Origin: an uncultured Candidatus Peribacteria bacterium
Lineage (GTDB): Bacteria; Patescibacteriota; Gracilibacteria; Peribacterales; Peribacteraceae
Assembly: GCA_964497975.1 (NCBI GenBank)
Contig: CAZCFO010000003.1
Span: 6,620-70,619, forward strand
Direction: 5' to 3'
DNA length: 64,000 bases
Made by a program: the position numbers and the translations under genes. The notes under the pieces were generated by a model. It did not search any database. It was not told where the DNA came from and worked only from the letters and a program-made list of their open reading frames with translations. This document shows, piece by piece, positions 1 to 8,371 of this stretch (position 1 is its first letter; each line of letters starts with the position of its first letter).

Positions 1-798
1 ACAGGCGATCACACGCGGACTCAGCAGAATTCCCGTCACGGCTGCAGCCGCGCAGGCGAGGAGCAATCCCCGCCATGACCGGGAGATGAGCATGACGGCG
101 ATCCAGGCCGCGAGGAACAGCATGACGGCCATCAGATGGGGTGCCCGGACCCAGATGAGCGTCGCGAGCAGGAATCCCCCCGCCGCGGTCCATGCCCATG
201 CATTGCGCGTGCGGTCTTCCAGTGCGCGGAACACGCAACAGAGCGCAAGCAGCATCAGGCTCACCGCCAGCCCGTCGCTCAGCGGAAGCGCCGCGTGGGA
301 TGTGAGACCCGGATGTGCCAGCAGGAGCATTAAGGCCGCGGGATGGAGGGGATACGCGCGGCGCGCGGTCCGGTAGAAGAAGAATCCCGCGAGCAAATGA
401 ATCACAAGCGCGGAGATCGCCGCAGCATTCACCCAGAGAATCTGGCTGGTGATGCCGATCATCCGCAGTGCGTATTTGTGGATCGCCAGGAACGCCGGAT
501 ACCCGAGCGGCCGGTACCCGGCGTCGGTGAAAATCAAACGGACGAGGCCGCTGATTTTTCCCGTTGAGGGTGTTTCGACCGTTGTTTCCGTCGTCGTGTC
601 CGAAACAGAGGAATCAGACGGCTCCATCACTTGTTCCAGCTTCGCGCTCCCGGCTCCGCGCAGGTAATCCGCCGCGTCGCAGCAGAGCATGCCCCGGTAC
701 ACCGACGGGAGCAGGATCGTCGGGGTGAACCACGCAAGAGCAAGCATCACGCCCAGCGATCCCCATAGGATTTCCGATGAGAGGAGTCGGCGCTTCAT
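1..798 (-). CDS. integral membrane protein, PMT_2/ArnT-like glycosyltransferase candidate (partial, runs off window start)
   Basis: Absent from the ORF track because it has no stop inside the window. My reverse-strand translation from ATG at 798-796 reads MKRRLLSSEILWGSLGVMLALAWF...RRAYPLHPAALMLLLAHPG...LIWVRAPHLMAVMLFLAAWIAVML. It is multi-TM and open to base 1. The family assignment is at motif level only. Confidence 0.6.
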   Translation of the reverse strand, partial: MKRRLLSSEILWGSLGVMLALAWFTPTILLPSVYRGMLCCDAADYLRGAGSAKLEQVMEPSDSSVSDTTTETTVETPSTGKISGLVRLIFTDAGYRPLGYPAFLAIHKYALRMIGITSQILWVNAAAISALVIHLLAGFFFYRTARRAYPLHPAALMLLLAHPGLTSHAALPLSDGLAVSLMLLALCCVFRALEDRTRNAWAWTAAGGFLLATLIWVRAPHLMAVMLFLAAWIAVMLISRSWRGLLLACAAAAVTGILLSPRVIAC

Positions 799-911
799 CT
801 TGGGGAGAGTAATACCAATTTCTGATCATCGGAAGGATGCCGCCATGACACACAGGAGCCCTTCCGTCTGCGCGCAATCCGCCCGACGTTTCTCCCCACG
901 AGCACCGCGGG

Positions 912-933
912 CGTTCCACGGCGTCATGGAACG
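912..933. repeat. 22-bp hairpin CGTTCCA-CGGCGTCA-TGGAACG (near-identical copy at 31143-31164)
   Basis: Perfect 7-bp inverted repeat in the intergenic region between divergent genes. The same stem with a 2-nt different loop recurs after the HTTM gene. Confidence 0.6.
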
Positions 934-1029
934 TCCTTTGCCGCATGCCGGCGCGGAAAATTCATCCCACCGCAAAAAAATCCCCGGCGCGACCCTCCTC
1001 ATCGGCCGCCGCAGACGTACGGTGCGACC

Positions 1030-2130
1030 ATGACAGATTCCTCCCAACGCGCGGCTCTTCTCTGGTCCTGCATGCAGGTTCTCAACCGGGAACGGCACAA
1101 GGCCCTCCTCTCGGTCTTCGGCAGCCTCGAAGCCGCGGCCGCGCACGTGGACGGCGAGCTCCTGCGGGGGCTGGGCTGCCGGGAAGAAACGATCATCAAC
1201 GTGCTGCAGCGTCTGGAGAAATGCGATCCCGATGCGGAGCAAAAGCTCCTCGCCTCCGCGGGGGCATCCATTTTTTCCCTCTCCGATAACGAGTATCCAG
1301 ATCGTCTGCGGGATATCCCGGATTGTCCCGTGTTCGTCTACGCGCGCGGCGATATCTCCGTGCTGTCGCAGCCGTGCGTGGGAATGGTCGGCACCCGCAA
1401 GATGAGCCCCTATGGCCGACGGATCGCGGAAGAATTCACAAGAGCCCTTGCTGAAGCCCAAATCGTGACGGTCAGCGGGCTGGCGCGCGGCATCGACGCT
1501 CTCGTCGCCCGCGAAACGATCGCGGTGCGTTGCGGAAAAGGCAGGACGGTTGCCGTTCTCGGTCAGGGCCTCCTGACGCTCTCGGAAGGCGCGAAGGAAC
1601 TGGCCGATGCGATCGTCGCGGCCGGCGGATTGGTCCTCTCCGAATTCCCGCTGCGGATGGGCGCCGACATGTTCACGTTTCCCATGCGCAACCGCATCAT
1701 CGCGGGTCTCAGCCTCGCCACCGTCGTTCTCGAGGCACCCGAAAGCAGCGGCGCGCTCATCACCGCCCGCCTCGCCTTCGACTACAACCGCGACGTGTTC
1801 GCCGTGCCCGGGCAGATCTTCGATGCCAACTTTGCGGGTTGCCATGCTCTCATCAAAAACCAGCAAGCCAGGCTCTGTACCTCGGCAAAGGATGTTCTTT
1901 CGGAACTGGGAGTGATTGTTCCCGAGGAGGATCCGCAGAGGACTTTCTATTTCGCTCAAAGCCCCGAAGAGGAGCAGGTATTGAAGACACTTTCGACCAT
2001 GCCGCAGCTGGTGGATGAGATTGTGGAGAAGAGCGGGATCGGCGCGAGTGCGGTGAGTGCGATTCTCACTGTCCTGGAATTGAATGGGGCGGCGAGGAAC
2101 ATGGGATTGGGAAGTTGGATACGCACTTGA
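1030..2130 (+). CDS. dprA: DNA processing/protecting protein DprA (Smf)
   Basis: Motifs GMVGTRKMSPYG, VSGLARGIDA, FPMRNRIIAGLS, VVLEAPESSGALITA, and a C-terminal winged-helix-like tail. 366 aa. Confidence 0.9.
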   Translation: MTDSSQRAALLWSCMQVLNRERHKALLSVFGSLEAAAAHVDGELLRGLGCREETIINVLQRLEKCDPDAEQKLLASAGASIFSLSDNEYPDRLRDIPDCPVFVYARGDISVLSQPCVGMVGTRKMSPYGRRIAEEFTRALAEAQIVTVSGLARGIDALVARETIAVRCGKGRTVAVLGQGLLTLSEGAKELADAIVAAGGLVLSEFPLRMGADMFTFPMRNRIIAGLSLATVVLEAPESSGALITARLAFDYNRDVFAVPGQIFDANFAGCHALIKNQQARLCTSAKDVLSELGVIVPEEDPQRTFYFAQSPEEEQVLKTLSTMPQLVDEIVEKSGIGASAVSAILTVLELNGAARNMGLGSWIRT

Positions 2131-2131
2131 T

Positions 2132-2157
2132 CGAATTTCGAATTACGAATTACGAAT
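2132..2157. repeat. left arm of inverted repeat (CGAATTTCGAATTACGAATTACGAAT) flanking the four-helix-bundle gene
   Basis: Tandem GAATTAC units. The reverse complement matches the right arm at 2544-2569. Confidence 0.7.
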
Positions 2158-2162
2158 TTTTT

Positions 2163-2558
2163 ATGAATACAGCCCTCTCATCACAGAAAATTCGTACAGT
2201 TTTTGATATGCATTCTTGGCAGCAGGCGCATCAATTATTGTTATTGGTCTACAAATACACGGATTCCTTTCCGCCAAAGGAGATATACAAGCTCACGAGT
2301 CAGATACGCAGCGCCGCCGTTTCCATTACTTCAAATATTGCGGAAGGATTTGGCAGAAAGTCTTACAAAGAAAAACTTCAGTTCTATTCCATTGCCATGG
2401 GCTCCCTCATTGAAGTGCAAAACCAGTTATTCATCAGTAAAGGTGTGCAATACCTCTCTCAAGAAGGATTCGATCACATTTACAGGCAAAGCATTCGTGT
2501 TCACAAATTACTGAATGGACTCATGAAGAAAACCAAGACGGTGATTCGTAATTCCTAA
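2163..2558 (+). CDS. four-helix-bundle protein (23S rRNA intervening-sequence protein family)
   Basis: Motifs LTSQIRSAAVSITSNIAEGFGRKSYKEKLQFYSIAMGSLIEVQNQL typical of the family. Start taken at MNTALSS (2163) rather than the ORF-track start. AT-richer than its neighbours. Confidence 0.85.
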   Translation: MNTALSSQKIRTVFDMHSWQQAHQLLLLVYKYTDSFPPKEIYKLTSQIRSAAVSITSNIAEGFGRKSYKEKLQFYSIAMGSLIEVQNQLFISKGVQYLSQEGFDHIYRQSIRVHKLLNGLMKKTKTVIRNS

Positions 2559-2569
2559 TTCGTAATTCG
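2544..2569. repeat. right arm of inverted repeat (ATTCGTAATTCCTAATTCGTAATTCG)
   Basis: Complementary to 2132-2157. Contains the stop codons of both convergent genes (four-helix gene TAA at 2556-2558, tpiA TAG at 2555-2557). Confidence 0.7.
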
Positions 2570-3256
2570 TTCGGCCGCCTCAACAATTTTTTTGAATTCA
2601 TCAAGTTTTAACGACGCCCCTCCGATCAACCCACCATCAATATCCTTCTGCTTGAGCAACTCTTCCGCATTCCCGGCGTTCATCGAGCCGCCGTAGAGAA
2701 TCCTCGTATCCTTCTCCGGGAGCAGCCCCCGGATAAACGCATGCATCTCCTGCGCATCCTTCGGCGTGGCGGTCTTGCCCGTGCCGATCGCCCAGACGGG
2801 TTCGTAGGCAACGGTCACGCCCGCGGGGATCTCCTTCAGCTGCCTTTTCACGACGTCCTTCTCCTTTCCCTTCTTCCGCTCCTCTTCCGTCTCCCCCACG
2901 CAGACGATGGGATGCAGGCCCGCTTCGAGCGCGGCGACCGCCTGCTCTGCGACCTGCGTGTCGGTCTCGCCGTGATACCGGCGGCGCTCCGAATGTCCGC
3001 ACAGGACGTACCGGCAGCCGATGGTCTTGAGCATGGCGACGCTCACGTCTCCGGTGAACGCGCCCGACGGCTCCGCCCGGCCGCACTGGGCGCCCGTCAT
3101 CAGTTCCGCATCCAGGCACTTCCGCAGGTCCACGAAAGAGGGGAGCACGACCACGTCGACGTCGGCATGCGTGCGGTAGGGGGAATCCTGTCCGTCAAAT
3201 CCCGCGGGGGCGGCATTCATCTTCCAGTTGGCGGCGATGAGGAACTTCTTTGGCAT
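2555..3256 (-). CDS. tpiA: triosephosphate isomerase
   Basis: IAANWKMN, CGHSERR, AYEPVWAIGTGKTA, ILYGGS motifs. 233 aa. Confidence 0.95.
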   Translation of the reverse strand: MPKKFLIAANWKMNAAPAGFDGQDSPYRTHADVDVVVLPSFVDLRKCLDAELMTGAQCGRAEPSGAFTGDVSVAMLKTIGCRYVLCGHSERRRYHGETDTQVAEQAVAALEAGLHPIVCVGETEEERKKGKEKDVVKRQLKEIPAGVTVAYEPVWAIGTGKTATPKDAQEMHAFIRGLLPEKDTRILYGGSMNAGNAEELLKQKDIDGGLIGGASLKLDEFKKIVEAAERITN

Positions 3257-3277
3257 GTGCGCAGTCTAGCGTCTCGG

Positions 3278-3967
3278 CTATGCCTCTGCCACGGGCGCCA
3301 GTTCCGTCTCTCCTCCCACTGCCGTTCTCCGGCGGCTGCCGGTCAATTCCGCCAGCCGGTCTTCCATGGCGGGCAGCGCGTCCCGGGGATGCACTTCGGT
3401 GAATCCCAGATGATAGGTTTTGCAGAGGAAAAGAAGCCTCTCCAGTTCTCCGGCATTCAGACCGTTGATCATCGTGTACGGGAGGTTCAGGGGGCCTCCG
3501 AGTTTTCGCTGATGCCGGAAGACCAGCACGTCCTCGATCTCCTTGAGCGAGAGCACCGGCGGCAGCGGGACGTCGCGTTCCGCGTTCACCGAAAAATGCA
3601 GCTCGTCGCCCATGTCCACGCCTTTTCCCGAATTCAGCCCGTCATGCAGAAAGTCCTTCATGATGGTGCCTGCGGCGGCCTGCACGACGATGGGTTTTCC
3701 TCCGAGCAGTTTTTTCGCTTCATCGCGGGACATCCTCAGGAGATATCCGAATGCAGCTTTTTCCCGCTGGTGATTCAGATTAAAGCGGCGTTCGCCATGT
3801 TCAAGGATCCATTGGAGCACGATCAGTTCAAATGCCACTTTCTCCCGCCCGTGCGAAATCCTGTCCGATACTTCCACCTGCACCATCGTTAGGCCTTCGG
3901 CTTCGTCGGCGGGACGGATGGCCGTTGTATCTTCACGCACGGGAGCAGGGGGCATGCGCTGCATCAT
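3278..3967 (-). CDS. hypothetical protein
   Basis: 229-aa ORF in the same orientation as tpiA and 21 nt upstream of it. No family recognised. Confidence 0.6.
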   Translation of the reverse strand: MMQRMPPAPVREDTTAIRPADEAEGLTMVQVEVSDRISHGREKVAFELIVLQWILEHGERRFNLNHQREKAAFGYLLRMSRDEAKKLLGGKPIVVQAAAGTIMKDFLHDGLNSGKGVDMGDELHFSVNAERDVPLPPVLSLKEIEDVLVFRHQRKLGGPLNLPYTMINGLNAGELERLLFLCKTYHLGFTEVHPRDALPAMEDRLAELTGSRRRTAVGGETELAPVAEA

Positions 3968-4095
3968 GCGAGTATTCTCGCTCCTGATGGGGCTGAAAAG
4001 AATTATCCTCAGGCGTCCTGTTTTTTGCTCTTGCCCTTGAGCTTAAAAAGAATGAAGGGACTTTCCGTTTCTCGCGCTTTCTGTATTCTGTAGAC

Positions 4096-4530
4096 ATGCG
4101 AAAGCCCCCGCGCGTCGCTCTCGGCACGGACCATGCCGGCTACAAGCTGAAGGAAATCATCAAAGCCCATCTGATGAAGGAGGGGATCGACGTTGTCGAC
4201 GAGGGGACGTTTTCGGAGGATCCCGTCGACTATCCCGTGTTCATTCGCAAGGCATGCGCGGTCACCCTCGAGCAGGACTGCCCCGCGGTCGTCTTCGGCG
4301 GAAGCGGCATCGGTGAGTCGATCGCGGCCAACAAAGTGCGCGGCATCCGCGCGGCCCGCTGCTGCACCCTCGAAGACGCGGAACTCTGCCGCAGGCACAA
4401 CGACGCCAACGTGCTCAGCCTCGGCGGGCGCATGCTCGATCCGGAACTCGCGAAAAAAATGGTCGATGCGTTCCTCTCCACGGAGTTCGAAGGCGGACGG
4501 CACGTCGCGCGGATCCAGGATCTGGAGTAA
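4096..4530 (+). CDS. rpiB: ribose-5-phosphate isomerase B
   Basis: GTDHAGYKLKE, GGSGIGESIAANKVRGIRAA, HNDANVLSLGGR motifs. 144 aa. Confidence 0.9.
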   Translation: MRKPPRVALGTDHAGYKLKEIIKAHLMKEGIDVVDEGTFSEDPVDYPVFIRKACAVTLEQDCPAVVFGGSGIGESIAANKVRGIRAARCCTLEDAELCRRHNDANVLSLGGRMLDPELAKKMVDAFLSTEFEGGRHVARIQDLE

Positions 4531-4560
4531 GCGGATCCCGCTGACCGGTACACTCTCTCC

Positions 4561-5478
4561 ATGGATGTCTTTCTGATCCTCCTCGGCAAACTCAGCCCCC
4601 TCTATCTGCTCATCGGACTCGGCGCCGCCGCCGAGCGGCTTCTGCGCGTCCCCAAGGAAACCGTCGCGCGGCTGCTCATCTATCTCATCGGGCCGCTGAT
4701 GATCTTCCACGGTATCGCGACCATGGAACTCGAATGGGGCCTGCTTCTGCTCACCCCCATCATCGTCCTCATGGGCGTCTGCCTGTGCCTGACGTTTCTC
4801 GCCATCGGCCGCCGCCTGTTTGACGCCGAAACCGCGCACCTTCTTGCATTCGGCGCCGGCATGGGCAACAGCGGCTACTTCGGCTTTCCTCTGGTCCAGG
4901 CGCTCTTTCCGCCGGGTCTCTTTCCCGTTGCGCTCCTCATCGACCTGGGCATGGGCATCTACCAGCACACGTTCGGCGCGTTCATCGCCGCCCGCGGAAA
5001 CCGCACGCTGCGGGAGAGCATCGTGACGGTCCTGCGGCTCCCGATGATCTACGCGATGCTGGCGGGACTCGCGTGGAATGTTCTGGGATTCGGCATGCCG
5101 GCGGTCCTCCACGATCTGGGGCTGCAGATGCGCGGCGCGTACATCGTGCTCGGCATGATGCTCATCGGCATGGGCCTCTCGGCCGTGCGCATCCGCGGCA
5201 TGGACACGCGTTACCTGTCGCTCGTGTTTGCGGCCAAATTCCTCGCCTGGCCGGTCGTCATGATCGCCTTCATCCGCCTCGATACGGCCTGGCTCCATCT
5301 GTTTTCCGGGCCGGTGCATCAGGTCCTCCTCTCGCAGGCCATCGTCCCCGTGGCCGCGAACGTCGTCGCTTACGCGTCGGAATTCCGCCTGCATCCCGCA
5401 AAAGCCGCGGCTGCGGTGTTCGCCACCACGGTGTTCGCCTGCGTTCTCGCGCCCGTCGCTGCCGCGCTGCTCTTTTGA
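4561..5478 (+). CDS. AEC (auxin efflux carrier) family transporter
   Basis: 305 aa, about 10 TM segments, N-terminus MDVFLILLGKLSPLYLLIGLG typical of AEC/malate-permease-like proteins. Confidence 0.8.
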   Translation: MDVFLILLGKLSPLYLLIGLGAAAERLLRVPKETVARLLIYLIGPLMIFHGIATMELEWGLLLLTPIIVLMGVCLCLTFLAIGRRLFDAETAHLLAFGAGMGNSGYFGFPLVQALFPPGLFPVALLIDLGMGIYQHTFGAFIAARGNRTLRESIVTVLRLPMIYAMLAGLAWNVLGFGMPAVLHDLGLQMRGAYIVLGMMLIGMGLSAVRIRGMDTRYLSLVFAAKFLAWPVVMIAFIRLDTAWLHLFSGPVHQVLLSQAIVPVAANVVAYASEFRLHPAKAAAAVFATTVFACVLAPVAAALLF

Positions 5479-5498
5479 GCGCCGGGCGGAGGAGTACA

Positions 5499-6155
5499 AT
5501 GGCCGTCATGACTCAGGGGTCCGTCCTCATCACGCCTTCCATTCTCTCGTGCGATCTGGCGCGGCTGCAGCAGGAGGTCGACAGCGTCGAGGCCGAGGCC
5601 GACTGGCTGCAGGTCGACGTGATGGACGGGCATTTCGTGCCGAACCTCAGTTTCGGCGCGCCCGTGATCAAGTGGCTCAAGACGAGCCTTCCGCTCGATA
5701 TCCATCTGATGGTCAGCAATCCGCATGAGCGCCTTCCCGAGTTCCTCAAGATCGGCGTGAAGCACGTCACCTTCCATGCCGAAGCCGTCGCGAAGACCGC
5801 CGACCGCAGGCATCTCATCAGCGAAATCCGCTCCCGCGGAGCCACCGCGGGCATTGCGATCAACCCGGGGACGCCCGTCAGCGCCATTGAGGACGTCACG
5901 GACGACATCGATCTCGTCCTCGTCATGTCGGTCCATCCGGGCTTCAGCGGCCAGAAGTTCATCCCCGAAGTGCTCGAGAAAGTCAGCGCGCTCCGCGCGA
6001 AGTATCCCGCGCTCATGATCCAGATGGACGGCGGCATCGACGCGAAGAGCGCCGCGCAGTGCAAGAAGGCGGGCGCGGACAACCTGGTCGCCGCGAGCTT
6101 CATCTTCGGCGCGAAGGACCGGACGGCCGCCATCAACGCCCTCCGCGACGCATGA
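5499..6155 (+). CDS. rpe: ribulose-phosphate 3-epimerase
   Basis: ITPSILSCD, VDVMDGHFVPNLSFG, MSVHPGFSGQKF, MDGGI motifs. Start at 5499 (GGAGG 7 nt upstream) instead of the long antisense-extended ORF start at 5073. Confidence 0.92.
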   Translation: MAVMTQGSVLITPSILSCDLARLQQEVDSVEAEADWLQVDVMDGHFVPNLSFGAPVIKWLKTSLPLDIHLMVSNPHERLPEFLKIGVKHVTFHAEAVAKTADRRHLISEIRSRGATAGIAINPGTPVSAIEDVTDDIDLVLVMSVHPGFSGQKFIPEVLEKVSALRAKYPALMIQMDGGIDAKSAAQCKKAGADNLVAASFIFGAKDRTAAINALRDA

Positions 6156-6685
6156 AGGCATCGGTGTTCGCCAGCGGTCTCGTCAGCACGTCCGTCTTGC
6201 TGCTCATCGGCTGTGCCGGCCAGACCGCGGTTCCGCCGCCGCCGGCTCCGGTTGTGTCGTCGTCTTCCGTCCCGTCATCGTCGGCATCATCGGTGACATC
6301 ATCCGCACCTGCGACGACCGCCATCCATTTGAGAGGACCGGGCGGCCGTTCCGTGACCGTGCAGGCCGAACTCGCCCGGACCGACGCGGAGCGCTCCACC
6401 GGCCTCATGCACCGTACGCATCTGGATGCCGATGCCGGCATGCTCTTCGTCTTCGACGAGCCCCAGGAACTCTCGTTCTGGATGAAGAACACGCTGATTC
6501 CGCTCGATATCGCCTTCTTCGATGCCGCCGGCACATTCGTTTCCGCGACGAGCATGGAGCCCTGCAGAGCCGATCCGTGTCCCAGCTATCCCTCCTATGG
6601 CGCGGCGACGTATGCACTCGAAGTGAATGAGGGATTCCTGAAAAAGCACGGAGTGAGGGAGGGATGGATGATGATCCATGAGTGA
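6152..6685 (+). CDS. DUF192-domain lipoprotein with Ser-rich linker
   Basis: ATGA overlap with the rpe stop. Lipobox LLLIGC, poly-Ser/Val linker, then STGLMHRTHLDADAGMLFVF...FWMKNTLIPLDIAFFD (DUF192 signature). Confidence 0.8.
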   Translation: MKASVFASGLVSTSVLLLIGCAGQTAVPPPPAPVVSSSSVPSSSASSVTSSAPATTAIHLRGPGGRSVTVQAELARTDAERSTGLMHRTHLDADAGMLFVFDEPQELSFWMKNTLIPLDIAFFDAAGTFVSATSMEPCRADPCPSYPSYGAATYALEVNEGFLKKHGVREGWMMIHE

Positions 6686-6691
6686 ACTCTC

Positions 6692-6751
6692 AACTCACAA
6701 AAAACAACTCACAATGCGTTATTGTGAGTTGAAAACCGGGAATTGTGAGTT
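6692..6751. terminator. tandem-unit palindrome (AACTCACAA x2 / TTGTGAGTT x2) between convergent genes
   Basis: AACTCACAAaaaacAACTCACAATgcgTTATTGTGAGTTgaaaaccgggaaTTGTGAGTT. The purC stop codon lies at its right edge. Confidence 0.55.
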
Positions 6752-7721
6752 AGACCATGTACTCCTTCAGATTCCTCCCGATCCGTCCGATCACATCCGG
6801 ATCTTTCGGCACCTGGAATTCCAGACCCGTCATCTTTTCGTAGAGGCTGATGTACTTGGCCGCGAGCATGACCCGCACGTCGTCGGTGACTGGCGGGCGC
6901 GGGCGTCCGTCGTCCACGAAGCCCTGTTCCTTCAGCCACAGCCGGAAGAATTCCTTATCCAGGGATTCGGGCTCCTTCCCCGCCTTCATGCGTTCGTCGT
7001 AGCTCGACGCGAGCCAGTAGCGGGACGAATCCGGCGTGTGCACCTCGTCACCGACGCGCAGGACGCCGTCCTTGTCGTAGCCCATCTCGTACTTGGTATC
7101 CACGAGGATCAGCCCCCTCTTCGCGGCGACCTCCTGCCCCCGGCGGAACAGCGCGAAGGCGCAGTCCTTCACGCGGTCGATCTCCTCGCGGTTCGTGACG
7201 CCCAGTTCGATCAGGCCCTCGGGGCTCATCGATTCGTCGTGGCCGGTTTCGGGCTTGGTGGAGGGCGTGAAGATGATGTCGTCGAACTTCTGGTTCTTCC
7301 TCATGCCGTCGGGAAGCCTGTTGCCGCAGAAGTCGCGCACGCCCTTCTCGTAGTTCACCCATGCGGAGGTTGACGTGGAGCCGGTCAGGTACGCGCGCAC
7401 GACGACTTCGAACTTGATCATGCGCAGCTTGCTGGCGACCGTCACGTTGGGGTCTGGCGTCGCGAGCACGTGCGTCGGCATCACGTCCTTCACCTGGTCG
7501 AACCACCAGTCGCTCAGCTGGTTGAGCACCTGTCCCTTCAGCGGGATCGTGCACCATTGATAGTCGAAAGCCGACTGGCGGTCGGTCGAAATCAGCACGA
7601 CGCGGTCGCCGCTCGAATACACGTCGCGGACTTTGCCGCGGTACTTGGATCCGAGTCCTGCGAGGTCCGTGGCATCCAGGCAGGTCGTGAGGAACGGGCG
7701 GAGGGCGTCGTGGGTGATCAT
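6750..7721 (-). CDS. purC: phosphoribosylaminoimidazole-succinocarboxamide (SAICAR) synthase
   Basis: GKVRDVY, LISTDRQSAFD, LILVDTKYEMG motifs. 323 aa (long form). Confidence 0.93.
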   Translation of the reverse strand: MITHDALRPFLTTCLDATDLAGLGSKYRGKVRDVYSSGDRVVLISTDRQSAFDYQWCTIPLKGQVLNQLSDWWFDQVKDVMPTHVLATPDPNVTVASKLRMIKFEVVVRAYLTGSTSTSAWVNYEKGVRDFCGNRLPDGMRKNQKFDDIIFTPSTKPETGHDESMSPEGLIELGVTNREEIDRVKDCAFALFRRGQEVAAKRGLILVDTKYEMGYDKDGVLRVGDEVHTPDSSRYWLASSYDERMKAGKEPESLDKEFFRLWLKEQGFVDDGRPRPPVTDDVRVMLAAKYISLYEKMTGLEFQVPKDPDVIGRIGRNLKEYMV

Positions 7722-7824
7722 GCCGGCATTCTAGAATCATCCGCGGTCCGGATGCCAGTGGATGCCGTCTTGCGCATGGCTCGGCCCCGGCCTACCATTT
7801 CTGCTGACTTCCCCATTCTGCTTC

Positions 7825-8367
7825 ATGGAAACAACCGCCTCCCCGTCCCGCTCCAAGAAAGGCTCCGCGATCGGGAAATTTTTCGGATTTCTCGTCGTCC
7901 TGGGCCTGATCGGCCTCGTCGTCGTCCTCGACATGCAGCGTCGTCAGGCGGAGCAGAAGCTCACCGAGCTTTCCATGAAGTACGACGGCGCCAATCCCTC
8001 CCAGAATCAGGAGGCCGCCAAGGAAATCGTCGCGCGCGTCCGCAAGATCTACTCGATCCCCGCCGGGATCGATCCGACGGTCGCCACGATCGTGGACGTC
8101 ACCCAGCTCCGCGCGCGCAACGCCTTCTACAACAAGGCCAAGAACGGGGACCACCTGATCGTCACCAGCGACCGGGCCATCCTCTACGATCCCATCGCCG
8201 ACAAGATCATCGACGTCGTTCCGGTGCAGATCCAGGAGGCCGCGGCCTCGTCGGTATCGACTTCCGCCGCCGCGTCGCTCTCTTCCGGACGTTCAACGTC
8301 CTCGGCACGCACGTCTTCATCCGCCGTCTCCTCGTCCGCCAGGTCGTCCTCCGTCAGCAGCCGCTGA
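7825..8367 (+). CDS. membrane-anchored hypothetical protein with Ser-rich C-terminal tail
   Basis: Start taken at METTASPS. One TM (FFGFLVVLGLIGLVVVL), a globular part, then a tail ASSVSTSAAASLSSGRSTSSARTSSSAVSSSARSSSVSS. Confidence 0.6.
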   Translation: METTASPSRSKKGSAIGKFFGFLVVLGLIGLVVVLDMQRRQAEQKLTELSMKYDGANPSQNQEAAKEIVARVRKIYSIPAGIDPTVATIVDVTQLRARNAFYNKAKNGDHLIVTSDRAILYDPIADKIIDVVPVQIQEAAASSVSTSAAASLSSGRSTSSARTSSSAVSSSARSSSVSSR

Positions 8368-8371
8368 GGCG

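Noticed and set aside
826-1959. 377-aa ORF antisense to dprA. The ORFs at 4009-5499, 5370-6161, 15109-17073, 19132-19983, 24971-27091, 41392-42756, 48757-50028, 52980-54134, 60228-61727 and 62391-63920 are of the same kind.
   Set aside because: Each lies opposite a gene with clear family motifs, and each shares third-codon positions with that gene, which is the classic high-GC shadow-ORF effect. Their translations are Arg/Gly/Ala/His-rich low-complexity sequence with no recognisable motifs.
5073-6155. N-terminally extended ORF-track versions of real genes (5073-6155, 6059-6685, 8372-10549, 11135-13369, 20507-21340, 22556-23695, 27494-29809, 45097-45558, 50057-50740, 50475-51515).
   Set aside because: The extensions overlap neighbouring genes or intergenic promoters and translate to non-protein-like sequence. 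Family N-termini, ribosome sites or -10 boxes support the internal starts used in the feature list.
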